A stretch of 60,563 nt of DNA, filler included. It is 6 parts of 6 records of this genome, joined end to end, with 100 filler letters (N's around TTAATTAATTAA, not from the genome) between each part and the next. Parts side by side here need not be neighbours in the genome. Positions count along the whole stretch, not along the records: positions 17,790 to 35,365 come from SRR31156797_638; positions 35,466 to 44,082 come from SRR31156797_640; 4 more parts are not named here. One strand, written 5' to 3'. Under the pieces are notes generated by a model, which was not told the origin of the DNA, searched no databases, and worked only from the letters and a program-made list of their open reading frames with translations. The position numbers and the translations under genes are program-made. Shown here piece after piece: positions 27,933 to 38,775 of this stretch (position 1 is its first letter; every line of letters begins with the position of its first letter).

Positions 27933-29672
27933 TTATTCGTACACTACTGCTGTAACTCCTGTAGCCGTATCTATATTTATTTGCGTATGTACATTACTTA
28001 CTGGTTTTACATGAGTATCTCGTCCATATATAAAACTTTGCTCATCCACTATTACTTTATACGCTTTATTAAGAGTTAAAGCTCTTTGTGCTGAAGGATA
28101 AAGAAGATAACCAATATTCTCTCTTACTTTTAATATCTCTTCACTTTTTAGTGCTCCAGATTCATCAAAAAACTTCTCCATTACTTCGTCATTATCTCTA
28201 AACTCATCACCTGCACTATTTTGTTCTAAATAAAGTGTATACTCATATCGTCCATCTTTTGTTTGAGGCTCTTTAATATTTGTAAGTCCATTTGAATCTT
28301 GAGTCCAGTGATACCAGCCTTTTTGGAAAGAGTTTATATCAAACTTTCTTTGAAATGCAAAGGTACTATCTTTTGTTGCACCTATTCCACTATGACACCC
28401 TATACAGTACTGCGTCTCCTCATAATTTTGTGGTCTAAGATCTCCATTTATATCTTCTATAAATCCTTGGTATACCCAACCTAAACCTGTTTGTAATCCA
28501 TGCTCAGTGCTTCCAATGATTGTTCTTAATCTCTCAGGAAAAGCATCTTTATCTTTGATCTCTGCTAAAGTTGCATTTTCAAGCTGAAAATAAGAGTTCC
28601 AATTAACCTTAACACCATATCGTAACTCTTTCATTCTAGGAGCTAACTGTATAGAACTATCTTCCTCATTTATATCAAGATACCGTACTGAATGGATAAA
28701 CTCTGTATATTTTGGATAAAGTCCAGGAGCAATAAAATATTCATTTGCAATCAATTTTTCTTTAGCAAGCCCAACATAATTCATTGAAAAGTTGGTTAAT
28801 TTATCACTTGCGATATCATAATCAGGTTTTGTCCAATTAAATACTATAGTAGAGGCACTTCCAAGAGTTCCGTCTTGGTTCAGGTCTACTCCATAAATAG
28901 ATTCATCAACTGTTGACTCTAATATAATATCTTCTTCTTTGATCAACGCTTCTACAATTGCAAGATTTATTTTATAAACTTCTACATCAAACTCACCATC
29001 TTCATTTTGCTGAAACTCTTTTGGTAACCGTATCAATACATCATCTGTTGATCCATTAGTTGGCCAAAATGTTCCTAAAAATGGGTAATATCCAAAAGCT
29101 CTCCATCCTGTATAATCATCATTTAAATCTTTATCAAACCCTTCGCTATCAAAATTAAAATAACAATCTGGTATATATCCATCCCATTGTCCATTATCAT
29201 TTATATCCCAAGTGTCTGGGAGAGCTTTTAGTTTATTTGATAAAAGAAGATTTCCATCTTTATCTATGTAGTTATCTTCTCTTACATATTGAAGAATCTC
29301 TTCATCGCTGATATTTGCAACAGCTTGCGTTCTATCTTTAAATAAATTAGTAAATCGATTAGTTTTACTATACTCACTAAATGAATTATTCTCCTGAAGA
29401 TCCCAATCGTTAATATAGTTTGGTTCTTCTGAGTTAATATGACAAGTAAAACAAGGGTTATGAACATCGCCATTGTCATCTATAGTTTTTGTGTAACATT
29501 GAGAAGTAATATATGCTGCACGATTGTTAGTTGCTACTGTAGATTTAAAATCTATTGCTACAACATTTGTATTTTCTGTATCATCTTGAACACTACTTGA
29601 TGAACCACCACACCCGACAATAAATCCAATGCTAACTAAAAATAAAACTATAAAAGAAAATAATACTTTCAT
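27933..29672 (-). CDS. Lipoprotein with two CxxCH motifs, downstream of phoX
   Basis: Lipobox FIVGC; CFTCH and CIGCH; DxxxxG-type acidic loops. Confidence 0.75.
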   Translation of the reverse strand: MKVLFSFIVLFLVSIGFIVGCGGSSSSVQDDTENTNVVAIDFKSTVATNNRAAYITSQCYTKTIDDNGDVHNPCFTCHINSEEPNYINDWDLQENNSFSEYSKTNRFTNLFKDRTQAVANISDEEILQYVREDNYIDKDGNLLLSNKLKALPDTWDINDNGQWDGYIPDCYFNFDSEGFDKDLNDDYTGWRAFGYYPFLGTFWPTNGSTDDVLIRLPKEFQQNEDGEFDVEVYKINLAIVEALIKEEDIILESTVDESIYGVDLNQDGTLGSASTIVFNWTKPDYDIASDKLTNFSMNYVGLAKEKLIANEYFIAPGLYPKYTEFIHSVRYLDINEEDSSIQLAPRMKELRYGVKVNWNSYFQLENATLAEIKDKDAFPERLRTIIGSTEHGLQTGLGWVYQGFIEDINGDLRPQNYEETQYCIGCHSGIGATKDSTFAFQRKFDINSFQKGWYHWTQDSNGLTNIKEPQTKDGRYEYTLYLEQNSAGDEFRDNDEVMEKFFDESGALKSEEILKVRENIGYLLYPSAQRALTLNKAYKVIVDEQSFIYGRDTHVKPVSNVHTQINIDTATGVTAVVYE

Positions 29673-29739
29673 AAACACTCCATAATAATAACTTAATTAT
29701 ACGATACAATTATCGCTTAATTAAATGATCACTATATAG

Positions 29740-29767
29740 ATATAAAAGGGAGGATCCCCTTTTATAT
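29740..29767 (-). terminator. Terminator/stabilising hairpin after phoX
   Basis: ATATAAAAGGGA-gga-TCCCCTTTTATAT. Confidence 0.65.
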
Positions 29768-31689
29768 TATCTATTTCCTAGACCGTCACCTTTAGTAAAG
29801 TCAAATGGTCCAACAACCCCAATAGATGAATCTTTTTCAGCAGCATCTTTTTGAGATAATGCATAATCTGGATCATCTTCATTCACTTCACCAAATGGAT
29901 GTTGAGTTGTGATAGTTGTATATGTAAACCCATTTACTTCATGCCAGAATGGAGATGTAGTCTCAGATCCATATGGAGTAGAGATCATTCTTGTTAAACT
30001 TTCAGTTTGCGTATCATAAGCCCATACAAAATCATTAGGATGTGCGCTTGTATCTTCACCGATTGAAAGAATATTTTGCCCTTTTAAGTAAGAAAGATTA
30101 TCTGGACTTGCAATACCATCTTTATCACATGTATATCCAGCATATGGAGAATCAGCATCATAAGTCATAGGAGTACCAGAAACTAATCCAGACATTGTAG
30201 TTGCTACATATGAAGAGTTAATTGAATTTGACTCTGTATCTGATTGAGAACCTGCAATATCTAATTTGTAAACTGCTCCACATTTGTTTTCATTAGCGAT
30301 TTGAATATCACCTTCCCCATCTGTCATACCTTTTCTTACTTCACTCATAGCAATGTAAAGAAGGTTTTGATCAGGATTATATGTTACACCCTCTTCTTTT
30401 CTAAATTCAGTTGTTGCACCAAGATAGTTAGCATATCTTCTTGTTTCAAAGAATGCTGCTTCTTTTTCTTTACCACTTACAAGTTGTAAACACTCTTCAC
30501 CAGTTGCAGTATTTACATAAGTAAATCCAGTAGCACACCCATTGTTTGTAGTGATTGTTTCATCAACATCTTGAGCTGTGAAAATATCTGAGAATTCAAT
30601 TCCATCATTTGTTGTAATATCATTATCTGGATTTAAAATAGCTTCTAGTTCAGCATCTGTTGCATGACCAAGTTTGATCCATGTTAAATTAGCTGCTCCA
30701 ACACCATCAGCTGAAGTTTGGTTCCATTTTGCAGCATAAAGTGTACCAGCAGATAGATCCTGTGCAGTATCAGCTACATACATATATAATCCAACATTAG
30801 TACCATCATCAGTGATATATGCTGTTTTTTCATCAGGCATAACATATGCTAATTCCCAAGCTGCTCTACCCATTGAATAGTGTTTTTTATATGTATAAGT
30901 TGGTGTTGCCGTTGAACCATCAACAGTTACTTCAGGAATATATCCATAATAATAAGGGTTTGTTTTAGTTCCATCACCTTTCCAAAAGTGTTTCATATTT
31001 ACATTAAAATAATCACCCTCACCATATCCAGCATCAAAATACCCTAAAGTTGCATCATATGCAGAAGCTGTGAATTTTTTTGCATCTGGCTCATACTCTT
31101 CAGATCCTAAGTGAGAGTTCCATGGTGTAGTCATACCAGCACAGTGTACCCAACCACCAAAACCTTCTTTTTGAGAAATATGTTGCATAGTATTTTCTTT
31201 TACTGATAATGCACCTGTTGTTGCATCTTGTTCTAATTCAAAACCATACATTACACCAGCTGGACACTCAAATTGTGAAACCATAAAAAGCCTTCCATCT
31301 TTTTGTAATAAAGAGGTATGGTCTAACCCAGAACCAGCGGCATTCCCATTTGCTCCATCACAAACAACAGGATTTCCACTTCCATCAGTTACAAGATTAT
31401 CTTCATAATCTTTTGTATATCCAAATCTTTCACCATTATTTAATGTTCGTGCTGACATTAACTTAGTGTATGAAATATTAGATGTATCTCCATCATAATA
31501 TGCCGCTTGAGAAGATGCTAAAATCTCCATTTTAGCATCTTCAGTAGCTGGAGCCTCTACAGATTTTAATGTTACTTTTGAATTCTTAGTATTATCAAAT
31601 GCTAATGAATCATCACTACTACTTCCACATCCTACAAAAGTTGTTGCAATAGCAGCACACGCTGCTAAACTTAACCATGTTTTTTTCAA
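29767..31689 (-). CDS. phoX: PhoX-family (DUF839) alkaline phosphatase, lipoprotein
   Basis: HCAG..TPWNSHLGSEEYE, MGR..WE, RKEEG, SPDN, GED, GSETT, QHP. Confidence 0.88.
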   Translation of the reverse strand: MKKTWLSLAACAAIATTFVGCGSSSDDSLAFDNTKNSKVTLKSVEAPATEDAKMEILASSQAAYYDGDTSNISYTKLMSARTLNNGERFGYTKDYEDNLVTDGSGNPVVCDGANGNAAGSGLDHTSLLQKDGRLFMVSQFECPAGVMYGFELEQDATTGALSVKENTMQHISQKEGFGGWVHCAGMTTPWNSHLGSEEYEPDAKKFTASAYDATLGYFDAGYGEGDYFNVNMKHFWKGDGTKTNPYYYGYIPEVTVDGSTATPTYTYKKHYSMGRAAWELAYVMPDEKTAYITDDGTNVGLYMYVADTAQDLSAGTLYAAKWNQTSADGVGAANLTWIKLGHATDAELEAILNPDNDITTNDGIEFSDIFTAQDVDETITTNNGCATGFTYVNTATGEECLQLVSGKEKEAAFFETRRYANYLGATTEFRKEEGVTYNPDQNLLYIAMSEVRKGMTDGEGDIQIANENKCGAVYKLDIAGSQSDTESNSINSSYVATTMSGLVSGTPMTYDADSPYAGYTCDKDGIASPDNLSYLKGQNILSIGEDTSAHPNDFVWAYDTQTESLTRMISTPYGSETTSPFWHEVNGFTYTTITTQHPFGEVNEDDPDYALSQKDAAEKDSSIGVVGPFDFTKGDGLGNR

Positions 31690-31722
31690 TTTTTATCCTT
31701 TCTATGTCTTAATTAACGGCCT

Positions 31723-31873
31723 ATGATAAAATAACTAAATTACAATTTGGTTGCAAAGGATAATAATTGATTATGCTTGATATCAAATTGTAATCATAAG
31801 TTATATTTAAGAAAAAATGTGACACGTAAAATTTGGCACTTGTAGCCAAACTGTAACTCTTCTTGTATAACAT
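31723..31873. promoter_or_regulatory. Divergent Pho-box-like promoters
   Basis: Toward phoX (minus): TGCAAC-N5-TGTAAT-N10-TATCAT (31755-31723). Toward the nucleotidase (plus): TGTAGC-N5-TGTAAC-N10-TAACAT (31841-31873). Confidence 0.6.
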
Positions 31874-31906
31874 TGGTGTCACAAAATCATATAAAAAGGA
31901 AAGAAA

Positions 31907-33715
31907 ATGCTTAAAAAACATTGGTTAAATTTGGCAGTAGCTGGTACTGTTGCTTCTATCGCGTTCACAGGATGTAACTCTTCTTCAGATGATAATTTTG
32001 AACTTTCGATTATCCATATGAATGATATACATTCTCATGTAGTAAGTGAAGATATGGGGTTAGAATTTAATGGTACAGAAGTAGATGTACAAATTGGTGG
32101 TTACCCAAGAGCTGTGACTAAAATCAAATCTTTACAATCAGCAAAAGAAAATACATTAACTTTAAATGCAGGAGATACATTTCAAGGAACACTTTACTAC
32201 TCATTTTTTCAAGGTGAGGCAGATAGTGATATGATGAATATGATCAACTGGGATGCAATGTCTTTAGGAAATCATGAGTTTGATGATGGTGATGAGCATT
32301 TAGCAAACTATCTATCAAGTCTTACAACACTGAGCAATGAAACAATTTTAGCTGCAAATATTGAAGCACCTGAGGGAAATCCTTTAGAAAACATGTGGAG
32401 CCCATATACGATCAAAGAGTATGCTGATGGAGAAAAAGTTGGTATCATAGGTATAGATATCGTTGGAAAAACAAAATACTCTTCAAATCCAAGTGATGAG
32501 ATCGTATTTAGTGATGAAGTAGAAACTGCACAAAAATATATTGATGAATTAACTGCACAAGGAGTAGATAAAATCGTACTTCTTACACATGTTGGTTTAG
32601 ATAATGATAAAAGCTACGCCACACAATTAAGTGGTGTTGATGTAATCATCGGTGGAGATTCACACTCACTTATGGGGGATTTTAGTAATGTAGGGCTTAC
32701 AAGTCATGATTCAAGTTATCCATTTCAAACAACTGATAAAGATGGAAATAAAGTATGTATTGGTCATGCTTGGGAATACGCACATGCAATTGGAAATATG
32801 AATGTTTCATTTTCTGAAGATGGTGTAGTACAAAGCTGTACTGGAAATACTATTGCTTTACTTGGAGATACATTTATGGTAGATGATGCAGAGGTTGATG
32901 CTGCAACAAAAACTACAGTTGAAAATGTTATCAATACAAGTGCAAACCTTGAAATTGTAGCAGAAGATAGTGCTGCACTTACTGCTCTTCAAACATATGT
33001 AGATCAAGTTGATTCTAAAAAAGCTGAAGTAATTGGAGCTGCAACTGAGAGACTTGGGCATAATAGAATTCCAGGAGATGTGAAAGATGGTGTTGCTGCA
33101 CTTCCATTAGGATCAGACATCGCTCCTGTTGTATCTAAAGCATTTTATTCTTTAAGTAATAGAGCTAATGCTTGTATTCAAAACGCAGGTGGAGTAAGAG
33201 TTGCTATTGAAACTGGTGATGTAACTTATGGTGATGCTTACACACTTTTACCTTTTGCAAATACCTTATATGAACTTGATATGTATGGAAGCGAAATCAA
33301 AGCTGTTTTAGAAGATGCAGTTGATGAAGCTTTATTTGGTGGTGAAGATGGTGAGATATCAACAGGAGCTTTCCCTTATGCATATGGATTAAAATATGAT
33401 GTGGTAGCAACTGAAGATAAAGGGAATAGAATTCAAAACCTTGAGATTAAAGATAGAACCACTGGTGTTTGGTCTACAATTAGTGAAGCTACAATGTATG
33501 TAATCGTTACAAATAACTATATCGCTGGTGGTAAAGATGGATATACCACTTTTAAAACTGTTCAAGAAAGCAGAGGTGAAGGAATTGATACATATTTAGA
33601 CTATGCGATGAGTTTTGTAAACTACACAAAAAGTTTAACTGAAAACTCTGAGACATTAACAAAACTTCCAACAGAAGATCATCCAATTAAAAGTTATACT
33701 GCACCTGCACAATAA
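31907..33715 (+). CDS. 5'-nucleotidase / NAD nucleotidase lipoprotein (UshA/NadN family)
   Basis: NDIHSH, AGD.FQG, GNHEFD, GGDSH, NAGGVR, LPFANT. Confidence 0.92.
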   Translation: MLKKHWLNLAVAGTVASIAFTGCNSSSDDNFELSIIHMNDIHSHVVSEDMGLEFNGTEVDVQIGGYPRAVTKIKSLQSAKENTLTLNAGDTFQGTLYYSFFQGEADSDMMNMINWDAMSLGNHEFDDGDEHLANYLSSLTTLSNETILAANIEAPEGNPLENMWSPYTIKEYADGEKVGIIGIDIVGKTKYSSNPSDEIVFSDEVETAQKYIDELTAQGVDKIVLLTHVGLDNDKSYATQLSGVDVIIGGDSHSLMGDFSNVGLTSHDSSYPFQTTDKDGNKVCIGHAWEYAHAIGNMNVSFSEDGVVQSCTGNTIALLGDTFMVDDAEVDAATKTTVENVINTSANLEIVAEDSAALTALQTYVDQVDSKKAEVIGAATERLGHNRIPGDVKDGVAALPLGSDIAPVVSKAFYSLSNRANACIQNAGGVRVAIETGDVTYGDAYTLLPFANTLYELDMYGSEIKAVLEDAVDEALFGGEDGEISTGAFPYAYGLKYDVVATEDKGNRIQNLEIKDRTTGVWSTISEATMYVIVTNNYIAGGKDGYTTFKTVQESRGEGIDTYLDYAMSFVNYTKSLTENSETLTKLPTEDHPIKSYTAPAQ

Positions 33716-33725
33716 CTTAATATTT

Positions 33726-33755
33726 TAAAACTCTGGTAAATTTGCCAGAGTTTTA
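33726..33755 (+). terminator. Intrinsic terminator
   Basis: TAAAACTCTGGTAAA/TTTGCCAGAGTTTTA. Confidence 0.7.
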
Positions 33756-33859
33756 TTACTACTATAAATAACTATATAAAATACTCACTCAATCTTTCTA
33801 AGAATATTTTCGATATAATCGCGGATAAAATACTATAAAATCAACACTTAGGGAACTTT

Positions 33860-35365
33860 ATGAGCAACAAATATGAGCCAAAAGAGGTAGAAGAAAAATA
33901 TTATAAAATTTGGGAAGATAGAGGGTATTTTGAGATAGATGGAAATAAGTCTATCCAAGAAGAAGATAAAAACTTTGCTATCATGATGCCACCACCAAAT
34001 GTAACAGGAAGCTTACATATCGGACATGCACTTACATTTACACTCCAAGATATTATCACTAGATATAAAAGAATGGATGGGTTTAAAACCCTATGGCAAC
34101 CAGGAACTGACCACGCAGGGATCGCTACACAAAATGTTGTAGAAAAACAACTTTTAGCTGAAGGAACTACAAAAGAAGAGATAGGACGTGAAGCTTTTCT
34201 TGAGCGTGCTTGGCAGCAAAAAGAAAACTCAGGTGGAAGAATCTTCCATCAGATGAGAAAGCTTGGAGTATCTCCAGCATGGAGTCGTGAGCGATTTACT
34301 ATGGATGAGGGACTTAAAGAAGCGGTAAAAGAAGCTTTTGTTCATCTATACAACGAAGGGATGATCGTACAAAACAACTATATGGTAAACTGGTGTACAC
34401 ACGATGGTGCCTTATCTGATATCGAAGTTGAACACGATGAAGTAAACGGAAAGTTTTACCATATGAACTACCATTTTGCAGATGGAAGCGGTCATGTAAC
34501 AGTTGCTACTACAAGACCTGAAACATACTTTGGAGATACTGCGATCATGGTGCATCCAGAGGATACAAGATATAAGGATATCGTAGGGAAAGAAGTAGTT
34601 CTTCCTCTCACAGATAGAAAGATCAAGATCATCACTGATGAACATGTAGATATGGAGTTTGGAACTGGGGTTGTAAAAGTTACACCAGCTCATGATCAAA
34701 ATGACTACGAAGTAGGAAAAAGACACGACCTAGAGTTTATCACTTGTTTTGATGAACAAGGTATCTTAAATGAGTACTGTGGAGAGTTTGCAGGGTTAGA
34801 GAGATTAGAAGCTAGACAACCTATCGTAGAAAAGCTTGAAGCTGAAGGATTTATGGTAAAAATCGAAGACCATGTGCACCAAGTAGGACACTGTTATAGA
34901 TGTAAAAATATCGTTGAGCCTTATATCTCAAAACAATGGTTTGTACGCAGTGAAGTAGCTAAAAAATCAATTGAGAAAACTTACGCAGGTGAAGCACAGT
35001 TTCATCCACCACACTGGATAAACTCCTATAGAGCTTGGATGGATGAGCTTAGAGACTGGTGTATCTCACGACAACTTTGGTGGGGACATAGAATCCCAGT
35101 ATTTGATTGTGAAGATTGTGGTCACCAATGGGCTGATAAAGCTGATGAGCCTGAAGCATGTCCAAAATGTGCTAGTAAAAATATCGTACAAGACCCTGAT
35201 GTACTTGATACATGGTTTAGTTCTGGTCTTTGGGCATTCTCTCCACTTGGATGGGGAAATGGTGAAAATATGAAAGATACTTTCACTCAAAATGATCTAA
35301 AAGATTTCTATCCAAACTCACTGCTTATCACTGGATTTGATATTATGTTCTTCTGGGTAGCTAGA
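33860..35365 (+). CDS. valS: Valine--tRNA ligase (3'-truncated)
   Basis: PPPNVTGSLHIGH, DHAGIATQ, DWCISRQLWWGH, DVLDTWFSS. Confidence 0.97.
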
Positions 35366-35465
35366 NNNNNNNNNNNNNNNNNNNNNNNNNNNNNNNNNNN
35401 NNNNNNNNNTTAATTAATTAANNNNNNNNNNNNNNNNNNNNNNNNNNNNNNNNNNNNNNNNNNNN
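35366..35465. other. Artificial contig linker
   Basis: N-run with TTAATTAATTAA. Confidence 0.98.
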
Positions 35466-35467
35466 TA

Positions 35468-35511
35468 GATTGATTTAATTCGCCCCAAGGGGCGGTGAAT
35501 TAAACTCAATC
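35468..35511. repeat. Palindromic element at contig edge (IS200/IS605-end or REP-like)
   Basis: GATTGA-TTTAATTCGCC-CCAAGGGG-CGGTGAATTAAA-CTCAATC. Confidence 0.45.
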
Positions 35512-35663
35512 ACGATTAAACTAGAAAAACTTTACTTACCTTAGAAGGCTGATATATATATTCTTAATAATTCAAATCAAAAAAGAGGAAATTCAATGTT
35601 TACACTTTATATCATTAATAGAGGTAAATTGTTAATCGTGAGTGATTAGAGCAGGGGGCTGTT

Positions 35664-36050
35664 ATGAATAAATTAAAGTTTTTAATTGTAGATGATGAGA
35701 TATATTCGAGAAAAATGCTGAAAATGCTATTAGAAAAAGAAGGATATGAAGTTTTGGCTGAAGCTGAAGATGGCAGTGATGCCTTTAAAAAATATAAAAA
35801 ACATAGACCTGATTTAGTCTTTATGGATATAGTAATGCCCGGAAGAGGTGGCATCGCAGCTGTTAAAAAAATAATCGAGTATGATCCCGATGCAAAAATT
35901 ATAATGTTAAGCGCAGTGGGACAAAAAAGAATAATCTTAGAAGCTCTTGAAGCTGGTGCAATAAATTATGCTTCGAAACCTATTAGAGCAGCTGATATTA
36001 TAGAAGTAATTAATAAAACAAAAGAGTTTTTGTATGAAGAAGAGTTTTAA
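35664..36050 (+). CDS. Single-domain response regulator (CheY-like)
   Basis: IVDD, FMDIVMP, SAVGQ, KP. Confidence 0.9.
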   Translation: MNKLKFLIVDDEIYSRKMLKMLLEKEGYEVLAEAEDGSDAFKKYKKHRPDLVFMDIVMPGRGGIAAVKKIIEYDPDAKIIMLSAVGQKRIILEALEAGAINYASKPIRAADIIEVINKTKEFLYEEEF

Positions 36051-36104
36051 ATAAAATAAAAAAGCAGTCAGACTAGGCTTTAAATGCTTAATCTAACTGC
36101 TCTT

Positions 36105-37505
36105 TTATTTTAACGGTAATTGAATATCAAGCAATATTCCGTTTTCATAATTTCGTATGACACACTTTCCATTATGCGCTTCAACTATTTTTTTCACTAT
36201 TGCCAGGCCTAATCCTGTTCCACCGCTTGCTCTGGATCTATCTTTTTCTACTCTATAAAAGTTATCAAACAATTGATTCAGAGTATCTTCAGGGATGTAA
36301 TTAGATGTATTGAAAATAGAAAAAATCAATTTTTCTTCTTCCTCTTTCATCGTAATTTTTATAATACGTTTTTCATCTACATAATTTATTGCATTACTAA
36401 ATAAATTATCAAATAACTGTAACATTCTGTCTCTATCAAATAATGCTACTTTGTTTTCAAGTAGATCTAATTCCAAATCTATATTTTTTTCTATGAGTTT
36501 ATTTTCAAATGTTTCGATTCTTCTCTTTATCAATCTGCTTAAGTTAATTTTACTGAATTTAAGCCTAAAATCAGCACGATCAAATTTGATCAAATCAGAG
36601 ATATCATTAATCAAAATATTTAGTTTATCAATTTCATCTATCAATATATTAGTTACTTCTGTTCTATCATCTAAATCAGCGAACTGAAGAGCTTCAGAGA
36701 AACCTCTCATTAAACCTAAAGGGGTTTTGAACTCATGAGAAATACAAGCAAAAAATAGTTTCTGTTTTTCCATTTGTAAAAATAACTTTTTATTACTCTT
36801 TTTTAATTCATTTATTGTATTGTTTAATTTTGCTGATATGATATTTATATTTTTTCCCAGATCATTTATTTCATCTTTACTTTTTGAGACAAATTTTTTG
36901 GAAAAATCAAGCTTACTTATTCGACTGACAATTTCATTTATTTCATCAAGGGGAGTTAAAAAATGCTTGGATAATAGTGTCGCAAATAATATACTTAATA
37001 AAAAAACTATTATTCCATTTATAGTAAAAAACAGATTGGCAATTGATACATTTTCGATTAATTTCTCAAGAGGTTTTTTTATAACAACATAATATTTTGG
37101 ATTAAGTTTGCTCAAAAAAACTATCTCATTTTTTACCCCGTCACGATTTTTAAGGATATTATAAAAATAATTATTATCTAGACTTTTTAATTTTTGTTCA
37201 TTTTCTACACCAATTTTCCTTCCTATTGTTCCTTCCGGAATAATCTTTGAAGTATAAACAGTATTAAAGTCTAAATCAACAATACTAATCTCTAAACCGG
37301 CAGTTGTGCCAATATGAATTATTAATTCACTTTTATTTTCAAATTTAGCTCTGGTTAACTCAGAAAAAACAAACATAATATCTTTTTTTGCTTTAAAGAC
37401 ATAATATTTCTCCAAAAAAAGCATGTTTAAAATAAGCGAACTTAAGATAAAAAACATAAGGATTCCGGCAATAAACAATATTAACTTTGCTTTAATTGTT
37501 TTCAT
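36105..37505 (-). CDS. HAMP sensor histidine kinase
   Basis: Two TM segments, HAMP, SHEFKTP, NLFSNA, GTGLGL. Confidence 0.93.
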   Translation of the reverse strand: MKTIKAKLILFIAGILMFFILSSLILNMLFLEKYYVFKAKKDIMFVFSELTRAKFENKSELIIHIGTTAGLEISIVDLDFNTVYTSKIIPEGTIGRKIGVENEQKLKSLDNNYFYNILKNRDGVKNEIVFLSKLNPKYYVVIKKPLEKLIENVSIANLFFTINGIIVFLLSILFATLLSKHFLTPLDEINEIVSRISKLDFSKKFVSKSKDEINDLGKNINIISAKLNNTINELKKSNKKLFLQMEKQKLFFACISHEFKTPLGLMRGFSEALQFADLDDRTEVTNILIDEIDKLNILINDISDLIKFDRADFRLKFSKINLSRLIKRRIETFENKLIEKNIDLELDLLENKVALFDRDRMLQLFDNLFSNAINYVDEKRIIKITMKEEEEKLIFSIFNTSNYIPEDTLNQLFDNFYRVEKDRSRASGGTGLGLAIVKKIVEAHNGKCVIRNYENGILLDIQLPLK

Positions 37506-38176
37506 TTTTTATCACCCTTAAAAGAATACCCTTTTGTTCTCACTGTAACGATTCTATCTCCATATGCTCCCAATTTTGATCTAAGAATTTTGATATGTGT
37601 ATCAACTGTACGAGGGTCTCCCGTATAATCATAGCCCCATACATTATCCAGTATTTTATACCTGCTTAAAATTATATCTTTATTAATAAAAATATATTCA
37701 AAAAGTTTAAACTCCATTGGAGCCAACAGAATTTTCTTATTCTCAACTACTACGATAAACTCATCATTTATCAACTCAATACCATTTTCCTGTTCCATTA
37801 TTTTTTTAAATTTATTATTTCTTCTGAGTAGTGCTTCTATTCTTGCCAAAAGAAGCTCTTTTTTAAACGGTTTTGATATATAATCATCTGCTCCTGTTTT
37901 GATTCCATAGATTTCATCTTGCATAGTTCCAAGTGCTGTTAACATCAAAATTGGAATTGAATATTCTTTATTAACCTCTTTGCAGGTTTCAAATCCATCC
38001 ATTACAGGCATCATTAAATCCAGTATAATCAAACTCGTATCCGGATGTTTCTCTAATAAATCAAATACTTCTGCTCCGTTTTCAGCTAATAAAAGTTCAT
38101 AGTTTTCTTTCTCCAGAAAAATACTTACAAGTTTTCTATATCGATATTCATCATCTGCATATATTATTTTAATCAT
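37502..38176 (-). CDS. OmpR/PhoB-family response regulator
   Basis: ADDE, LDLMMP, RTVDTHIK.LR; ATG 38176 with AAGGAG RBS. Confidence 0.93.
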   Translation of the reverse strand: MIKIIYADDEYRYRKLVSIFLEKENYELLLAENGAEVFDLLEKHPDTSLIILDLMMPVMDGFETCKEVNKEYSIPILMLTALGTMQDEIYGIKTGADDYISKPFKKELLLARIEALLRRNNKFKKIMEQENGIELINDEFIVVVENKKILLAPMEFKLFEYIFINKDIILSRYKILDNVWGYDYTGDPRTVDTHIKILRSKLGAYGDRIVTVRTKGYSFKGDKK

Positions 38177-38204
38177 GCAAAACTCCTTATAATTATTTTT
38201 CATA

Positions 38205-38237
38205 ATTATACATCTCTTATGTGAGGGAACTGTGAAC
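38205..38237 (-). promoter_or_regulatory. OmpR-type autoregulatory direct repeat plus -10
   Basis: Minus strand GTTCACA-N4-CCTCACA-N9-TATAAT upstream of the regulator. Confidence 0.55.
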
Positions 38238-38252
38238 TTTTTTTCTAAAAAT

Positions 38253-38287
38253 AAAAAATTCGGAGTAATAATTACTCCGAATTTTTT
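38253..38287 (-). terminator. Intrinsic terminator
   Basis: AAAAAATTCGGAGTAAT-A-ATTACTCCGAATTTTTT perfect inverted repeat. Confidence 0.8.
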
Positions 38288-38300
38288 AGATTAATTTTTT

Positions 38301-38597
38301 TTATAGTTTACTCTTCACAGATTCTAATTTCTGCTCCATACTGGCATCTTTATCTCTTCTATCATCTATTCGCATATTAGTATATACTCTATTTGCACCT
38401 TTAGCAAAAGGTGATTCGTGCAGCTCTTTTACTACTTTTAATAAACTATCCAAGTCTCCTTCTATTACCGTACCCATTGGATTTAGACTATATTTTAATC
38501 CTGAATTTTCTAGTATTTTTTGACATCCTGCTACATATTTACTTACTGAGCTACTCTCTGTTCCGATAGGAACTACTGCTATCTCTAATATCGCCAT
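38301..38597 (-). CDS. MTH1187/YkoF-like thiamine-binding protein
   Basis: VVPIGT..SVSKYVA, PMGT.IEG, IDDRRDK. Confidence 0.88.
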   Translation of the reverse strand: MAILEIAVVPIGTESSSVSKYVAGCQKILENSGLKYSLNPMGTVIEGDLDSLLKVVKELHESPFAKGANRVYTNMRIDDRRDKDASMEQKLESVKSKL

Positions 38598-38775
38598 TTG
38601 ATCTTCTCCTTTATAGTTGTTGAGTTTTTATTTACACTCATAGTATGCTATATTCAAGCCTGATTTGCAAATCAAAATTTAAATACATTTCTTGAATCAA
38701 TTGACAAATTATATTAAATAATAGTAAAATTCACTATATCTATATTTTCATACCAAAGTCAAATTAGGAGTTTTA

